From assembly GCF_001194135.2 (NCBI RefSeq), contig NC_068981.1, positions 92,528,292-92,592,291 of the forward strand: DNA of 64,000 nt. The letters are read 5' to 3'. Both the position numbers and the translations under genes were made by a program. The notes under the pieces were generated by a model. That model was not told the origin of the DNA. It was given only the letters and a program-made list of their open reading frames with translations, and did no database searches. The stretch is from Octopus bimaculoides (Eukaryota). Positions 13,135 through 24,119 of the stretch are shown piece after piece; positions within the stretch are counted from its first letter, which is position 1, and each line of letters opens with the position of its first letter.

Positions 13135-13609
13135 GTTAAATGTATTTCAATATCCTATTCAAAGTGTATTTAGCACATACTACCGACAGTAACTGCATGT
13201 CACTAATAAAATCCTATTTGTATACTATAGGTAAATGCTACTCAATTATTACTAACAAAGTTAAACTGCACTTTTCTGGTCTAAGGGTCTATACTATAAA
13301 TTAAGACACACAAGTCATTCTGACCCTACATCTAAATTTTGTTTTTTAAAATCCTTCAAATGGTAATTGTATGTCTTTAAGGCGCGACGATATATATAAC
13401 ACTCAAACAGAACGTCCACAGAGGATGTAGTGAGGTATCACATTCGGTTAACTGTAAATATATTTAAAGACCGATGTATGCAAATATTACTGATTAGTAT
13501 CAAGAGAGTTCAGATCACTGTCCCAATTCATGTTATAAATTAAGATTGTTCGAAATCAAATGTGTTTCCATTACTTGGAATATTATGGACGCAGCCACCA
13601 AAAATTTAA

Positions 13610-15030
13610 GGAATTATGAAGAACAATTGATCCTGAAACAGACACTGAACAAAAGTTACCCCATATTGTCCTAAACGAATATGATTTCTTCGGGAAAATT
13701 TCATCTTCGAAACAATGTTATATCCACTGAAATTGCTGAAACCAGAGACAAAGCTTGCAGAGTTGTCTAGAATGACAAAGAAATTGCACCTCATTGACCG
13801 GCACCCTACGTTCTACGCATTGAGGAATTGCTTTACCCTGCCTAAGCTCCTTTTACCGCGATATCGATGAAAACATTAGGTGTTGTGTTGAACAAATCTG
13901 CAACGTTTGTTTTGACAGCATCAGCTGACAACTGGCTGAACTACCTATAAAATTAGATGACCTTGGCCTCCGTCTGAGTTGGACCTCTCTCTGCCGGATT
14001 TCCTTTTCTCAGTCTCCTCCAGCGACACATTTATCGGCGAGAAGCTTCACCGTAAAGCTGTAACCGATGTGGTAAGGTACGAGAGTCAGTTCTAGCCGAT
14101 TGGTCAGTTGAAAACCTTCCCCACAACCGACAAAATACATACTTTCACTTTGATGGGACGAAAACAAAGGCAAACATGCCTTCGGGTTGATCGAGATATC
14201 ATTAGACCGTGCGACCTCGCCTCCCACCCAAATATGGGCCGTGGATCAATTCGTTGCCTTCCGGACGATGAGTGCACGTATATCTGATTGACCCAGTTCC
14301 TCTGTCACTGCGTGTGTGAGCTGCACAAATCCCAGTGTGGCGGTAATCGACACATTCCGTAGTCATCACTTATCTAGCAGCCATAACACTGGCCAGTTCC
14401 CCCAATACGCCACTCTGAAGGGAAAATGACGCCGCTGATTCCCCGTCATAAATGATGCCAGGCAGTCTTTACCGCATAATGGTAAGTACCTCGAAGGAAT
14501 AACCCTCTTCCCATTCTAGGGAAGAAGATGGGTAATCTGGGATGCAACTTGCTGTGACACAATCCGCGGCTCCAACTTCGTGCGTCACCCTTAAACCTGG
14601 GTATTCCCGCCCGTAAAGCAGAGAAGTGGAACATAAACAAATACAGGAGCCAAGGAGGTCGCTATCAGTTTTTGTCGGTCACCGTTGAGGCCGCAGGTGT
14701 TACCAGAACTCACATTGCTGATTTCCTCTGTAAAATTGGGATAACTGCGGCCCGTTTGAGAGATGAGGTTCACGTCGAAGGGGACGGCTTTGTAGCGAGT
14801 GTCGCTGGTCATTGTCCACAGCAAAGCGTTTGATATGGGATTGACGAGGCACGGCTGAACAGAACATTTGCGCTGCGTTGTACAACACGTTTATCCCACC
14901 CCTAGATCTTCTACTTATTTCCCATTCTTTTTATTTCTTTGTTTCCCTGGCGAGTTAGTTATCGTTTTTTTTTTCTTGTTTCTTGCTATTTTGATCTTTT
15001 ATGCAGTCGTTAATAAAACAATAAGAAAGT
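13610..15030 (+). mobile_element. 5'-truncated CRE-clade (RLE-type) non-LTR retrotransposon relic
   Basis: By-hand translation across frameshifts gives LHLIDRHPTFYALRNCFTLPKLL; IDENIRCCVEQICNV..S*QLAELPIKLDDLGLR; GPWINSLP; VCELHKSQCG/VIDTFRSHHLSS (Zn-knuckle-like); NGKYLEGITLFPF*GRRWVIWDATCCDT (14538-14561); ARKAEKWNINKYRSQGGRYQFLSVTVEAAGV...L*RVSLVIV, with a stop at 14856-14858. This matches the PD-(D/E)xK restriction-like endonuclease layout of CRE elements. A T-rich 3' UTR follows. Confidence 0.82.
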
Positions 15031-15677
15031 GAACACAACAAACTTTGTTCCTATTTATAGTAGCAGACTTCGGACTTAATTTGTGTATTTCCAACATTAA
15101 TCAATCATTTTGACGTTACTTAAATACGTCATGTGAAATATATATGAGCACCGGAGAGTATTCCTAAACTGATACCTAACCAACATAAATTCTACATCAG
15201 CAGTGAATATGCAATGGAAGTCACGTATACATACATTCAAAAGAGCGTGCGTGCTCGCACGCGTGTTCTAATATTGCAGGTAGCACGAAAAAAATGATCT
15301 ACTCGACGCTTTAAAGTAGCTGGCGTTACGAAGGGCGTACGCTCGAAGAAGCCATCCCAAAATACACAATGTGCACGATACAGTCCATGGGTATATCAGA
15401 TGTTATTGTACTTCCTATTGACCCGTGCCCCCATAGGACGTGAACGTATAACAGTGATGATATATGCGACCATGGAACAAGAACAATAAAATATGATGAT
15501 GATGCTGATATTTATATTCGTATGCATATACATACATATCTGCAAATATATNNNNNNNNNNNNNNNNNNNNNNNNNNNNNNNNNNNNNNNNNNNNNNNNN
15601 NNNNNNNNNNNNNNNNNNNNNNNNNNNNNNNNNNNNNNNNNNNNNNNNNATATATTCATATATATATATATGTGTCC

Positions 15678-15714
<37 letters not shown>

Positions 15715-16668
15715 AATATATAAATATATATATATAAATATATATACTTTTAGAGAAAAGAACCACAGTTTATATATATGAATGTATGTATGTATGTATG
15801 TATGTATGCATGTATGTATATACATATGTATGCATATAAATATGTCAACATCATCATCACAGTGTTTTATAGTTCTTGCTGTTTGGTCGCATTGGTGGAA
15901 ATGTTTGACAGAATCTGATGTCTCCGAGAACAATATTATGCTCCAAGTGCCTGCTGCGTCATGGTTTCTGCGTCATGGCTTTCCTAACTCCAAACCTTTT
16001 AGAGCGGGGTTTCAATGCATTTCTTATGCTACAGGCAATATAAAGAACCCCATGCAGCTCACACAAGTACATTCCTGTGGTTGACCAGCTATATGCTATG
16101 AGACGCGGGGACAGAAGTATGAGAAAGAATGATCGAAGCAATACCATCCCCTTAGGATTTGCATGGGTACTCATATCTGGGAAGTGAAGGAGAAAGAAAC
16201 AGAAAATGAACAGTCGTGATTGCCCAAGATAGTTAATGGTGCTAAAGTGCCTAGGTTGACGCACAAAACACAAGATGAGTTGATGAACCGGTTTGCAAAA
16301 TTGTGTGGGATGGAAAATGATGAAATGGGGAAGCGAAACGGTCAAAATTGTTAGAGCTTTAATGGTGAATGCGTCAGAATCCAGGAACAGAGGAAAAGAT
16401 GATGATATATAAGAGTGGAGTAGCGGTAACAGTAAAGATGATATAGTTGTCACCGGGGTGGACAAGAAAAAGGAAGGACATCGGGGAGAAGACTGCAGGT
16501 TCCTGTGGGAGGAGAAAAAATGGCAGGCCTAATGCATGCAAAGCCTTCTAAACACAGTTTGTGGACACCTGTGGATTTTTTGTGAAAGTCGTACCGCCAA
16601 AGATCCCGATCGTTTTTCCTCATCTCCGTCACGGTCATGATCTTGTGGACAGACAGATACACAGGCAA

Positions 16669-16803
<135 letters not shown>

Positions 16804-17324
16804 GGAATAGCAGTTTTACAGTTGTATTCTCTGAGCTTTATGCTCCTATTTACATCAAAGAATTTTCCATGTTCATTTGAAAGGTTAGACGAGAATAACC
16901 ACTATGCGAAACCTTGTCAAATGTCCAGAACACTATCAATCATCACAAAGAATAAATATGTTGACTAAGCGGCAACACGAGAGTCTGAGTATCCAACTTC
17001 CAAAATCCCAAACATGTGACATCATAGCAATTAACAAGCAGATTATGAGATCAATCTTTGTATTATTTGATATTATTTGAGTATGAGATTAATCTTTGTA
17101 TTATTTGTTCTAGATTCAATTCTTGCCATGGCCAGATTTGTCTTTCTCCCCTCTGGATTGGATAAAATACTTGATATAGTAATTTTCTTCTCAAATTTGA
17201 ATCCATCTGCCTATATTTCTAATATATTATATTATCGCATTTTGAGTATTAATGACTATCTTCCTTGGTCTATATCTGTGAGGATTTACATGCCTATATA
17301 TGATTCAGAGGTGAAAAGAATAAA

Positions 17325-17386
<62 letters not shown>

Positions 17387-18339
17387 GTATGGAAAAAAGT
17401 AGAACACATCATTCTCCCTCAAATCTTACACGGTAAATTGTCAAGTGAATATTTTGTGCAAGGGCATCATGATTATTAATCTCTTTTGTTTTGATCTGGG
17501 AATTCGTACCTTTTAACAGCAGACCAGACTGTTCATTATATGTACTATTTACTCGTGATATTGCACATTCAATAATAATGTAAAGCCGAGTAAATAAACG
17601 GTGTAAGATCAATACTCTAGTTTCAAACGTAGCTTGATATTTCTTGTTAATATTTCTACCCAAAGCACACACAATTCTTTTGACATATTTATATTTTGTT
17701 TTATGTATACTTGAATCACTCGATTTTATTTCAACGTATGGAAATTATATTGCTTAATATTGATTTCGATAAATACAATCTATAAATGATTAATGCTATC
17801 TGATTTCAGACATTCTGTATATTTTTCTGAATGGTTACGCTCGACCAAACACTATTCAAAGGATGAAATTAAATATTCGCAACGCTTAATTTTAATAAAT
17901 GATTTATCATTATACTTGTTATGCAGATCTAATCATCAAATAATTCGATAATGATGACCCATTTCGAAGAATTCCATTAGAACACGATGCGTTACCATAA
18001 TCTGAAAAACCACAGGAAAATTCTCAATCTTGGCAAACCCACATCATTGCTTCGGGACATTTGCGGCTGAAGCTTGATTTAGAGCGCAGTAACAACAGAA
18101 TCTCCTTGAATGCAATGAACGGTACAATCTGGTTTCTTAGAACAGAAAGGATCAGCGTAACATATAGAGTTGGATATTGCCGGATAGAAAGCACATAGGC
18201 TGAACATCTACGTAGCTACAAGGTGAAACATTACTAGTCTTCATGTACTGATTACACTATCTACTTTCTACAGTATATAACTATACACATGTGCGTACAT
18301 ACATACATACCGCGCACGCACAGATATTCATCTCCCTTT

Positions 18340-18600
18340 TTCACTCTCCTGTCTTAGAAAGAACTTTTCCCCCACCACCTCCTCTTCCGGTTCTTTCACA
18401 ATGTAACCTCGTGGGCATCGGTACCATTTTTCCTCTTTCTCCGTTTTTCCATTCTCCGAACTTTCAATCTTTCCGACGAAGGGCTACGCCCGAAACGTCA
18501 TACACTCTCTCTTTCCTTTCCCGAGCGTCCAATAATACTATCCGTATCACGTCCTCATTTTGTTGTTTTTTTGTTATTGTTTTTGTGTTTTTTTGAACTT
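18340..18600 (+). mobile_element. Penelope-like pseudo-LTR-type repeat with a hammerhead-like motif
   Basis: It contains CCGACGA-A-GGGC-TAC-GCCC-GAAACGTC, then CCCGAGCGT..AATA..GTCCTC..TGTTGTTTTTT as in the copies at 18703-18850 and 22480-22630. It ends in (TA)n. Confidence 0.65.
18467..18505 (+). ncRNA. Minimal type I hammerhead-like motif, variant core CCGACGA
   Basis: Core CCGACGA (18473-18479), stem II GGGC/GCCC with a 3-nt loop, GAAA (18492-18495), palindromic ACGT helix III and a GUC cleavage triplet. Helix I is poorly paired, so it may be inactive. Confidence 0.5.
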
Positions 18601-18702
18601 ATATANNNNNNNNNNNNNNNNNNNNNNNNNNNNNNNNNNNNNNNNNNNNNNNNNNNNNNNNNNNNNNNNNNNNNNNNNNNNNNNNNNNNNNNNNNNNNNN
18701 NN

Positions 18703-18850
18703 ATTTAAGAAAAAAACAACAACAGACGAGGACAGGTGGTGTAAACAACAAAAGGATGTATTAGTTTAACGCTCGGGAATACAGAAAGTCTTTAACGTTT
18801 CGAGCTACGCTCTTCAACAGAAAGAATACGGAGAAAACAAGGAGAAAAAC
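18703..18850 (-). mobile_element. Penelope-like pseudo-LTR-type repeat with a hammerhead motif, inverted relative to 18340-18600
   Basis: The reverse complement reads TTCTCCGTATTCTTTCTGTTGAAGAGCGTAGCTCGAAACGTTAAAGACTTTCTGTATTCCCGAGCGTTAAACTAATAC...GTCCTCGTCTGTTGTTG. Confidence 0.7.
18790..18824 (-). ncRNA. Minimal type I hammerhead ribozyme motif
   Basis: The minus strand reads CUUU-CUGUUGA-A-GAGC-GUA-GCUC-GAAA-CGU-U/AAAG. Helix I is CUUU:AAAG, helix II is 4 bp, and helix III is self-complementary (AACGUU). This is the form described for minimal hammerheads of Penelope-like elements. Confidence 0.7.
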
Positions 18851-18874
18851 AGGCATGCATTCATATATATATAT

Positions 18875-19255
18875 TTGGTATTTTTTCTATCGCTCTCTCA
18901 TCGCGCTAAGTAACGGTAGCATAAGGAAAGCAACGTCGATCGTCAACTGGTGGAAGTGCAACACAAATACACAAAATACATACTCAAAAGACACACGCAC
19001 ATACGTACACACACGTTCACACGCGCATGCACACACGCACGCACGCACGCACACACACGCATACACAAACATTCATACACATACACACATATATAATGAC
19101 GGGCTTCGACAAAGTTTTCGTTCAATACATTCAAAATTCACTCAAAACGCATTGATTGAACCAGAGCCATAGTAGAATACAATCCTCCCCGGCTCCACGC
19201 AGTGGGACTGAAATGAGACCACATAGACGCAAAAGGAACTTATTTTTCACACAAT
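18875..19255 (-). mobile_element. SINE family B (tRNA-like head plus CORE-like domain, internal microsatellite, 3' body), decayed full copy
   Basis: Head at 19098-19255 (..CCACGCAGTGGGACTGAA..), CA/TA tract at about 18960-19095, and 3' body at 18880-18960 (TTCTATCG..GCTAAGTAACGG..GTCAA). Confidence 0.65.
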
Positions 19256-19499
19256 TATACAAAGTACCACCTATTTGCTATATTGTTCAAAATTCGACCT
19301 GAAGTTGCTGAATTGTATGTTATCATGTAGCTAATGTATGCATCGATAAATTCTGCTGAAACAGTTGTAAATTTTAAACCTCGTTCGTGTTATCTATATA
19401 TATATATATATATCATCATAAATATACAGGGATTAGCAATTGAGTTGCTTCTCCAACATACTGAAAATTTAGAAATAGCAGTCAAAGAACTACTGATTC

Positions 19500-19699
19500 C
19501 AAACTACAAATTTTTCTCTAAAGCGGATGGCGATATTTGGGCTGAAGATTGGAATAGTGAAATTTCCATTCACTTAACCATGAAACGATTCGTATCCAAT
19601 TAACTAAAGGCTTGGTTTGTTTACGCTTTTCCCTCCGGTTTTTTGTTCTATGTGTGCCATAAATATCGCCATCCGCTTTAGAGAAAAATTTGTAGTTTG
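19500..19699. repeat. Perfect 39-bp inverted repeat with a 122-bp spacer, cut by a gap
   Basis: 19500-19538 CAAACTACAAATTTTTCTCTAAAGCGGATGGCGATATTT is the exact reverse complement of 19661-19699. Confidence 0.92.
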
Positions 19700-20043
19700 N
19701 NNNNNNNNNNNNNNNNNNNNNNNNNNNNNNNNNNNNNNNNNNNNNNNNNNNNNNNNNNNNNNNNNNNNNNNNNNNNNNNNNNNNNNNNNNNNNNNNNNNN
19801 NNNNNNNNNNNNNNNNNNNNNNNNNNNNNNNNNNNNNNNNNNNNNNNNNNNNNNNNNNNNNNNNNNNNNNNNNNNNNNNNNNNNNNNNNNNNNNNNNNNN
19901 NNNNNNNNNNNNNNNNNNNNNNNNNNNNNNNNNNNNNNNNNNNNNNNNNNNNNNNNNNNNNNNNNNNNNNNNNNNNNNNNNNNNNNNNNNNNNNNNNNNN
20001 NNNNNNNNNNNNNNNNNNNNNNNNNNNNNNNNNNNNNNNNNNN

Positions 20044-20150
20044 ACAGAAAGTGCAACACACACACATGTATATACATATATATATACACACACACTGAGA
20101 AAGAAGGACAGAAAGTGCAACACACACACATGTATATACATATATATATA
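20044..20150. repeat. Tandem duplication, period 64 bp
   Basis: ACAGAAAGTGCAACACACACACATGTATATACATATATATATA occurs at 20044 and 20108, directly after the gap at 19700-20043. Confidence 0.85.
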
Positions 20151-21059
20151 TGTGGGTGTGGGTGTGGGTGTAGGTGTGGTTGTGAGTGTGTGTGTGTAGA
20201 TGTGTGTGTGGGGGGAGCGCATAAACACGCTTATATACATTTGTCAGCCTGAGTGTAGTCCGTCTATTTCTGTGTGTAAAAGCTTCGATGCTAAATTACT
20301 ACGTGGATAATATTTCGTACTGAGAAACCACAGTTCTTGATTCATATCAATGATCACGTTCCTTTGAGACTGTAGGATAGACTCTTTATTATCTTTGTTT
20401 TTCTCTTTTTATTTCTCTGTGGTACTGCACTTTCAATAACAACGTAAATTCGAGTAAATAAATGCTGACAGATCAATACTGTACTTTCAAACGGAACTTA
20501 ATATTTGTTCCAAATTTACAGTCATAATTCTCTTCAGTTATTTATGTTTTAAGTATTTTGAATCATACTGCTTTATTTCACTATTTGTGAACCACATTGT
20601 TTATTATTGATTTTCATAAACACAATCTATAATTGATTAACCATATCTGACCCAAAACGTATTCGAGATATTTATTTAAATCATGACGCTCGATCAAACA
20701 CTGTTCATAAGACCGACTGATATAAATTCGGAAATTTGATTGAAATTTTTTCTTAATTTTTTACTTCGGAGGTCTGAACGGTTAATTTGATATTGATTTC
20801 CATTAATTTTAATGGCAATAAAATAATATACAAATCTCTGATTACAACAAAAATGGAACAAATCGCTTATTATAATTTTATGATAATTATCCCAAATAAA
20901 TATTACAACACGATATTCGTATTATGTTCTTGGTGAAAAATGTGTTCTCTTTTATTAGAGGTGTACAGCATATCACTAAAACACCAATCTGTAGTTTAGA
21001 TTTAGACCCCCCCCCCACTTTTTAGATAAACAGAAATTATATTTATTGAGAAACAGACA

Positions 21060-21770
21060 TTACCTGCCCTGGATGTAGAAGTAAAGACTGGAATAGAATA
21101 CAAAGAGCTTGTGACAAAGCAAACAGGGTGAACATGTGGTACAAGCCCGACAAATATCTAGGCGTGAAGGAGGCCAAACACAACGTTAAGATAGTTGAAA
21201 AGCTAGAGAGCTCCATCAGATAACGACTATGTAGGACGTACCCCTTTGAGAATCCCGTATGCACCAATGATAACTGCATGATATGTAGGACTAGAAATGT
21301 TGTCTACAGCATAAGGTGCATGGAAGTTGCTTGTAAACACAAGAACATGTCATACATTGCTGAGACATCTAAAAGCATTGAGGAAAGACTAAATGAAAAT
21401 TTGAGACAATACGATGGCAAAAAACAGCCGTCCATACTCTACCAACATGCCAAGGACCAACATGCCAAGGACCAACATGCCAAGGACCAACATGCCAAGG
21501 ACCAACATGCCAAGGACCAACATGCCAAGGACCAACATGCCAAGGACCAACATGCCAAGGACCAACATGCCAAGGACCAACATGCCAAGGACCAACATGC
21601 CAAGGACCAACATGCCAAGGACCAACATGCCAAGGACCAACATGGAAGCAACCTGGGTCAACTTGACATCCGCATTTTATCCAAGCACCCGAAGGAACCA
21701 ACACACAGAAAATACAGGAGTACGTCCTCATTAATGAAACATCCCCAATACTAAATAAGAAGTATACATA
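21060..21770 (+). mobile_element. Penelope-like element (Neptune-type) 3' ORF fragment: linker plus GIY-YIG endonuclease
   Basis: One frame reads ..NVKIVEKLESSIR*RLCRTYPFENPVCTNDNCMICRTRNVVYSIRCMEVACKHKNMSYIAETSKSIEERLNE..SILYQH..H..LDIRILSKHP. After a 1-nt frameshift it continues RKIQEYVLINETSPILNKK*. VVY and YIAET correspond to the GIY/YIG motifs, and the Cys-rich PF..C..C..C linker is typical of Neptune-like PLEs. Confidence 0.85.
21441..21644 (+). repeat. Perfect 15-bp minisatellite (ACCAACATGCCAAGG) x13 plus a 9-bp partial unit, in frame, encoding (HAKDQ)13
   Basis: Counted directly: 195 bp of identical units at 21441-21635, then ACCAACATG. Confidence 0.97.
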
Positions 21771-22451
21771 GTAACTAGTCATACCCCTATGACCACAGCG
21801 TATATATACAGGTAGAATTGTTAGTGGGCTGTTAGGTAGATGTATGCATGGTTGTGTGTGTGTATATATATGTGTACATATGTATGTATATACACCCATA
21901 CATGCATACATACATAGATTCATATATATGTGTATGCGCACGCACACTGACTCACACACATGCGCACAAACAAACAAAAAGGACGCAGCTCCGATAACGG
22001 ACAAAGCCAACGACTACTGAAAAGTTTGCAAAACGCAAAGAAGATTTTAGAAAAATACATAAATGAGTGGAAACTTAACCGTTGAGTGTGTTAAATAATA
22101 AGGCACTAAAAGAGAATGGCTCTCCCCAGACATAACAATATATATATATATANNNNNNNNNNNNNNNNNNNNNNNNNNNNNNNNNNNNNNNNNNNNNNNN
22201 NNNNNNNNNNNNNNNNNNNNNNNNNNNNNNNNNNNNNNNNNNNNNNNNNNNNNNNNNNNNNNNNNNNNNNNNNNNNNNNNNNNNNNNNNNNNNNNNNNNN
22301 NNNNNNNNNNNNNNNNNNNNNNNNNNNNNNNNNNNNNNNNNNNNNNNNNNNNNNNNNNNNNNNNNNNNNNNNNNNNNNNNNNNNNNNNNNNNNNNNNNNN
22401 NNNNNNNNNNNNNNNNNNNNNNNNNNNNNNNNNNNNNNNNNNNNNNNNNNN

Positions 22452-22479
<28 letters not shown>

Positions 22480-22483
<4 letters not shown>

Positions 22484-22630
22484 GATATTTACAGAAAAAC
22501 AGAAGACCAAAACAGGAGTATAAACAACAAATAGGTGTATGGTTTGACGCTGGGGAAAATGAGAAACTCTTTTACGTTTCGAGCCTACATTCTTCAACAG
22601 AAAGGAACATGAGAAATAAACAGAGAGAAA
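22480..22630 (-). mobile_element. Penelope-like pseudo-LTR-type repeat, third copy
   Basis: It is collinear with 18703-18850 (..CTTTCTGTTGAAGA..GCTCGAAACGT..CCCCAGCGTCAAAC..TTTGTTGTTTA..). Its 3' end runs into (TA)n. Confidence 0.7.
22569..22604 (-). ncRNA. Minimal hammerhead motif with a degenerate helix II
   Basis: The minus strand reads CUUU-CUGUUGA-AGAAUGUAGGCUC-GAAA-CGU-A/AAAG. The cores and helix I are intact, the triplet is GUA, and helix II is mutated. Confidence 0.6.
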
Positions 22631-23039
22631 AAAACAATTATGAATTTTTCAGCTACCTAATAATAAGCAACTCACATCAATGTTGACGTATTCATATCAT
22701 TGCGAACATTTGAGGATTAGAGATATTGTTGGTACTGACATGCAAATGATATCAACGATTAAAAAAATAAAACTATCACTTACAATTATCTGTCATGATT
22801 GTGCACGATAACACAGACATTTTCCTTGCGTTTAATTGTGTCCGAGTCAACAAGGTCACGCTGTGCGAGCACGATAATTAATTGTATCCTATAATCCGAA
22901 TAGCAAAGAAAACATGGGGGACAACGCTTTGGGTATAATACTGAGAAAAATGAAAACGAAGCACTACAAACCTGGTTATTATCTGCAGGCGATTGACAGT
23001 AAAATTAATATAACTCAATATTTAGAGATTTCAAGTCGG

Positions 23040-23225
23040 CCAGCAGGCAGCTGGCAAAATCGTTAAAGTGCCAGAAAAATGCTTAGCAGTATTTTCTCCA
23101 TCTTAATAAGTTCAACTTTGCCATTCCGCTTCTCGGTGGTCGATAAATTGAGTACCAGTTGAACACTAGGATCGATATAATTGACTTCACCCAAGATTGC
23201 TGGCCTTGTGCCAAGATTTGAAATC
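23040..23225 (+). mobile_element. SINE family A, internally deleted copy
   Basis: GCAGCTGGCAAAATCGTT..AAATGCTTAGC..CAACTTTGCC..GGTCGATAAATTGAGTACCAGTTGAACACTAGGATCGAT..GGCCTTGTGCC. Confidence 0.75.
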
Positions 23226-23915
23226 AGTATTTATAGATTTCACCCTGTCCCCTTCATCTTCTATATCTATTTCTATTCAATTTTTCATCGAGTGATACTT
23301 AAAAATTTGTTTATTATCGATAGTTGTCCCAGGTCAAATTGATATGTAATTTATTTTCTACACCACAGACTATAACGAATACCAGCTTCTCTATTCGTAA
23401 TTTGATGAAAGATATAATTAATTTGCTGAAAGATGTTTCCCTCGTACAAATATTCCAGTAAAAGTGTTAAATTCTACAGCAGAAGAACATCAACCACACA
23501 TGAAATTGTCTCTACAGATATTATTGCAAGTGATTGAGATCAATGTTTTTTTGTTTTGTAAACAATTACAAACACATTGGCAAATTGACAAAACAGTCCA
23601 TATATATATATATANNNNNNNNNNNNNNNNNNNNNNNNNNNNNNNNNNNNNNNNNNNNNNNNNNNNNNNNNNNNNNNNNNNNNNNNNNNNNNNNNNNNNN
23701 NNNNNNNNNNNNNNNNNNNNNNNNNNNNNNNNNNNNNNNNNNNNNNNNNNNNNNNNNNNNNNNNNNNNNNNNNNNNNNNNNNNNNNNNNNNNNNNNNNNN
23801 NNNNNNNNNNNNNNNNNNNNNNNNNNNNNNNNNNNNNNNNNNNNNNNNNNNNNNNNNNNNNNNNNNNNNNNNNNNNNNNNNNNNNNNNNNNNNNNNNNNN
23901 NNNNNNNNNNNNNNN

Positions 23916-23970
<55 letters not shown>

Positions 23971-24078
23971 ATGTGTGCGTGCGTGCGCGCGTGTGTGTAT
24001 GTATATATGTATGTATATGAGTGTGTGTGTATGCATATACGTGTGTGTGTGTGTGTATGCATATACGTATGTGTGTGT

Positions 24079-24119
<41 letters not shown>

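Noticed and set aside
15322-15350. Hammerhead-like TTACGAAGGGCGTACGCTCGAAGA
   Set aside because: A helix II-like hairpin is present, but both catalytic boxes are broken and the flanks do not resemble the other copies.
16080-16500. Possible PLE GIY-YIG C-terminus (GTHIWEVKEKE..)
   Set aside because: There is only one suggestive word, with no GIY/YIG motifs or Cys pattern in frame.
17046-17106. 24-bp local direct duplication TGAGAT(C/T)AATCTTTGTATTATTTG
   Set aside because: It is an ordinary slippage duplication with no further structure.
21441-21644. CRISPR-like or other repeat-spacer array
   Set aside because: The units are contiguous with no spacers, the context is eukaryotic, and there are no cas genes.
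21990-22110. Possible LINE RT remnant (RLLKSLQNAKKILEKYINEWKL)
   Set aside because: It resembles RT subdomain 6 but is too short and lacks a clear xADD motif.
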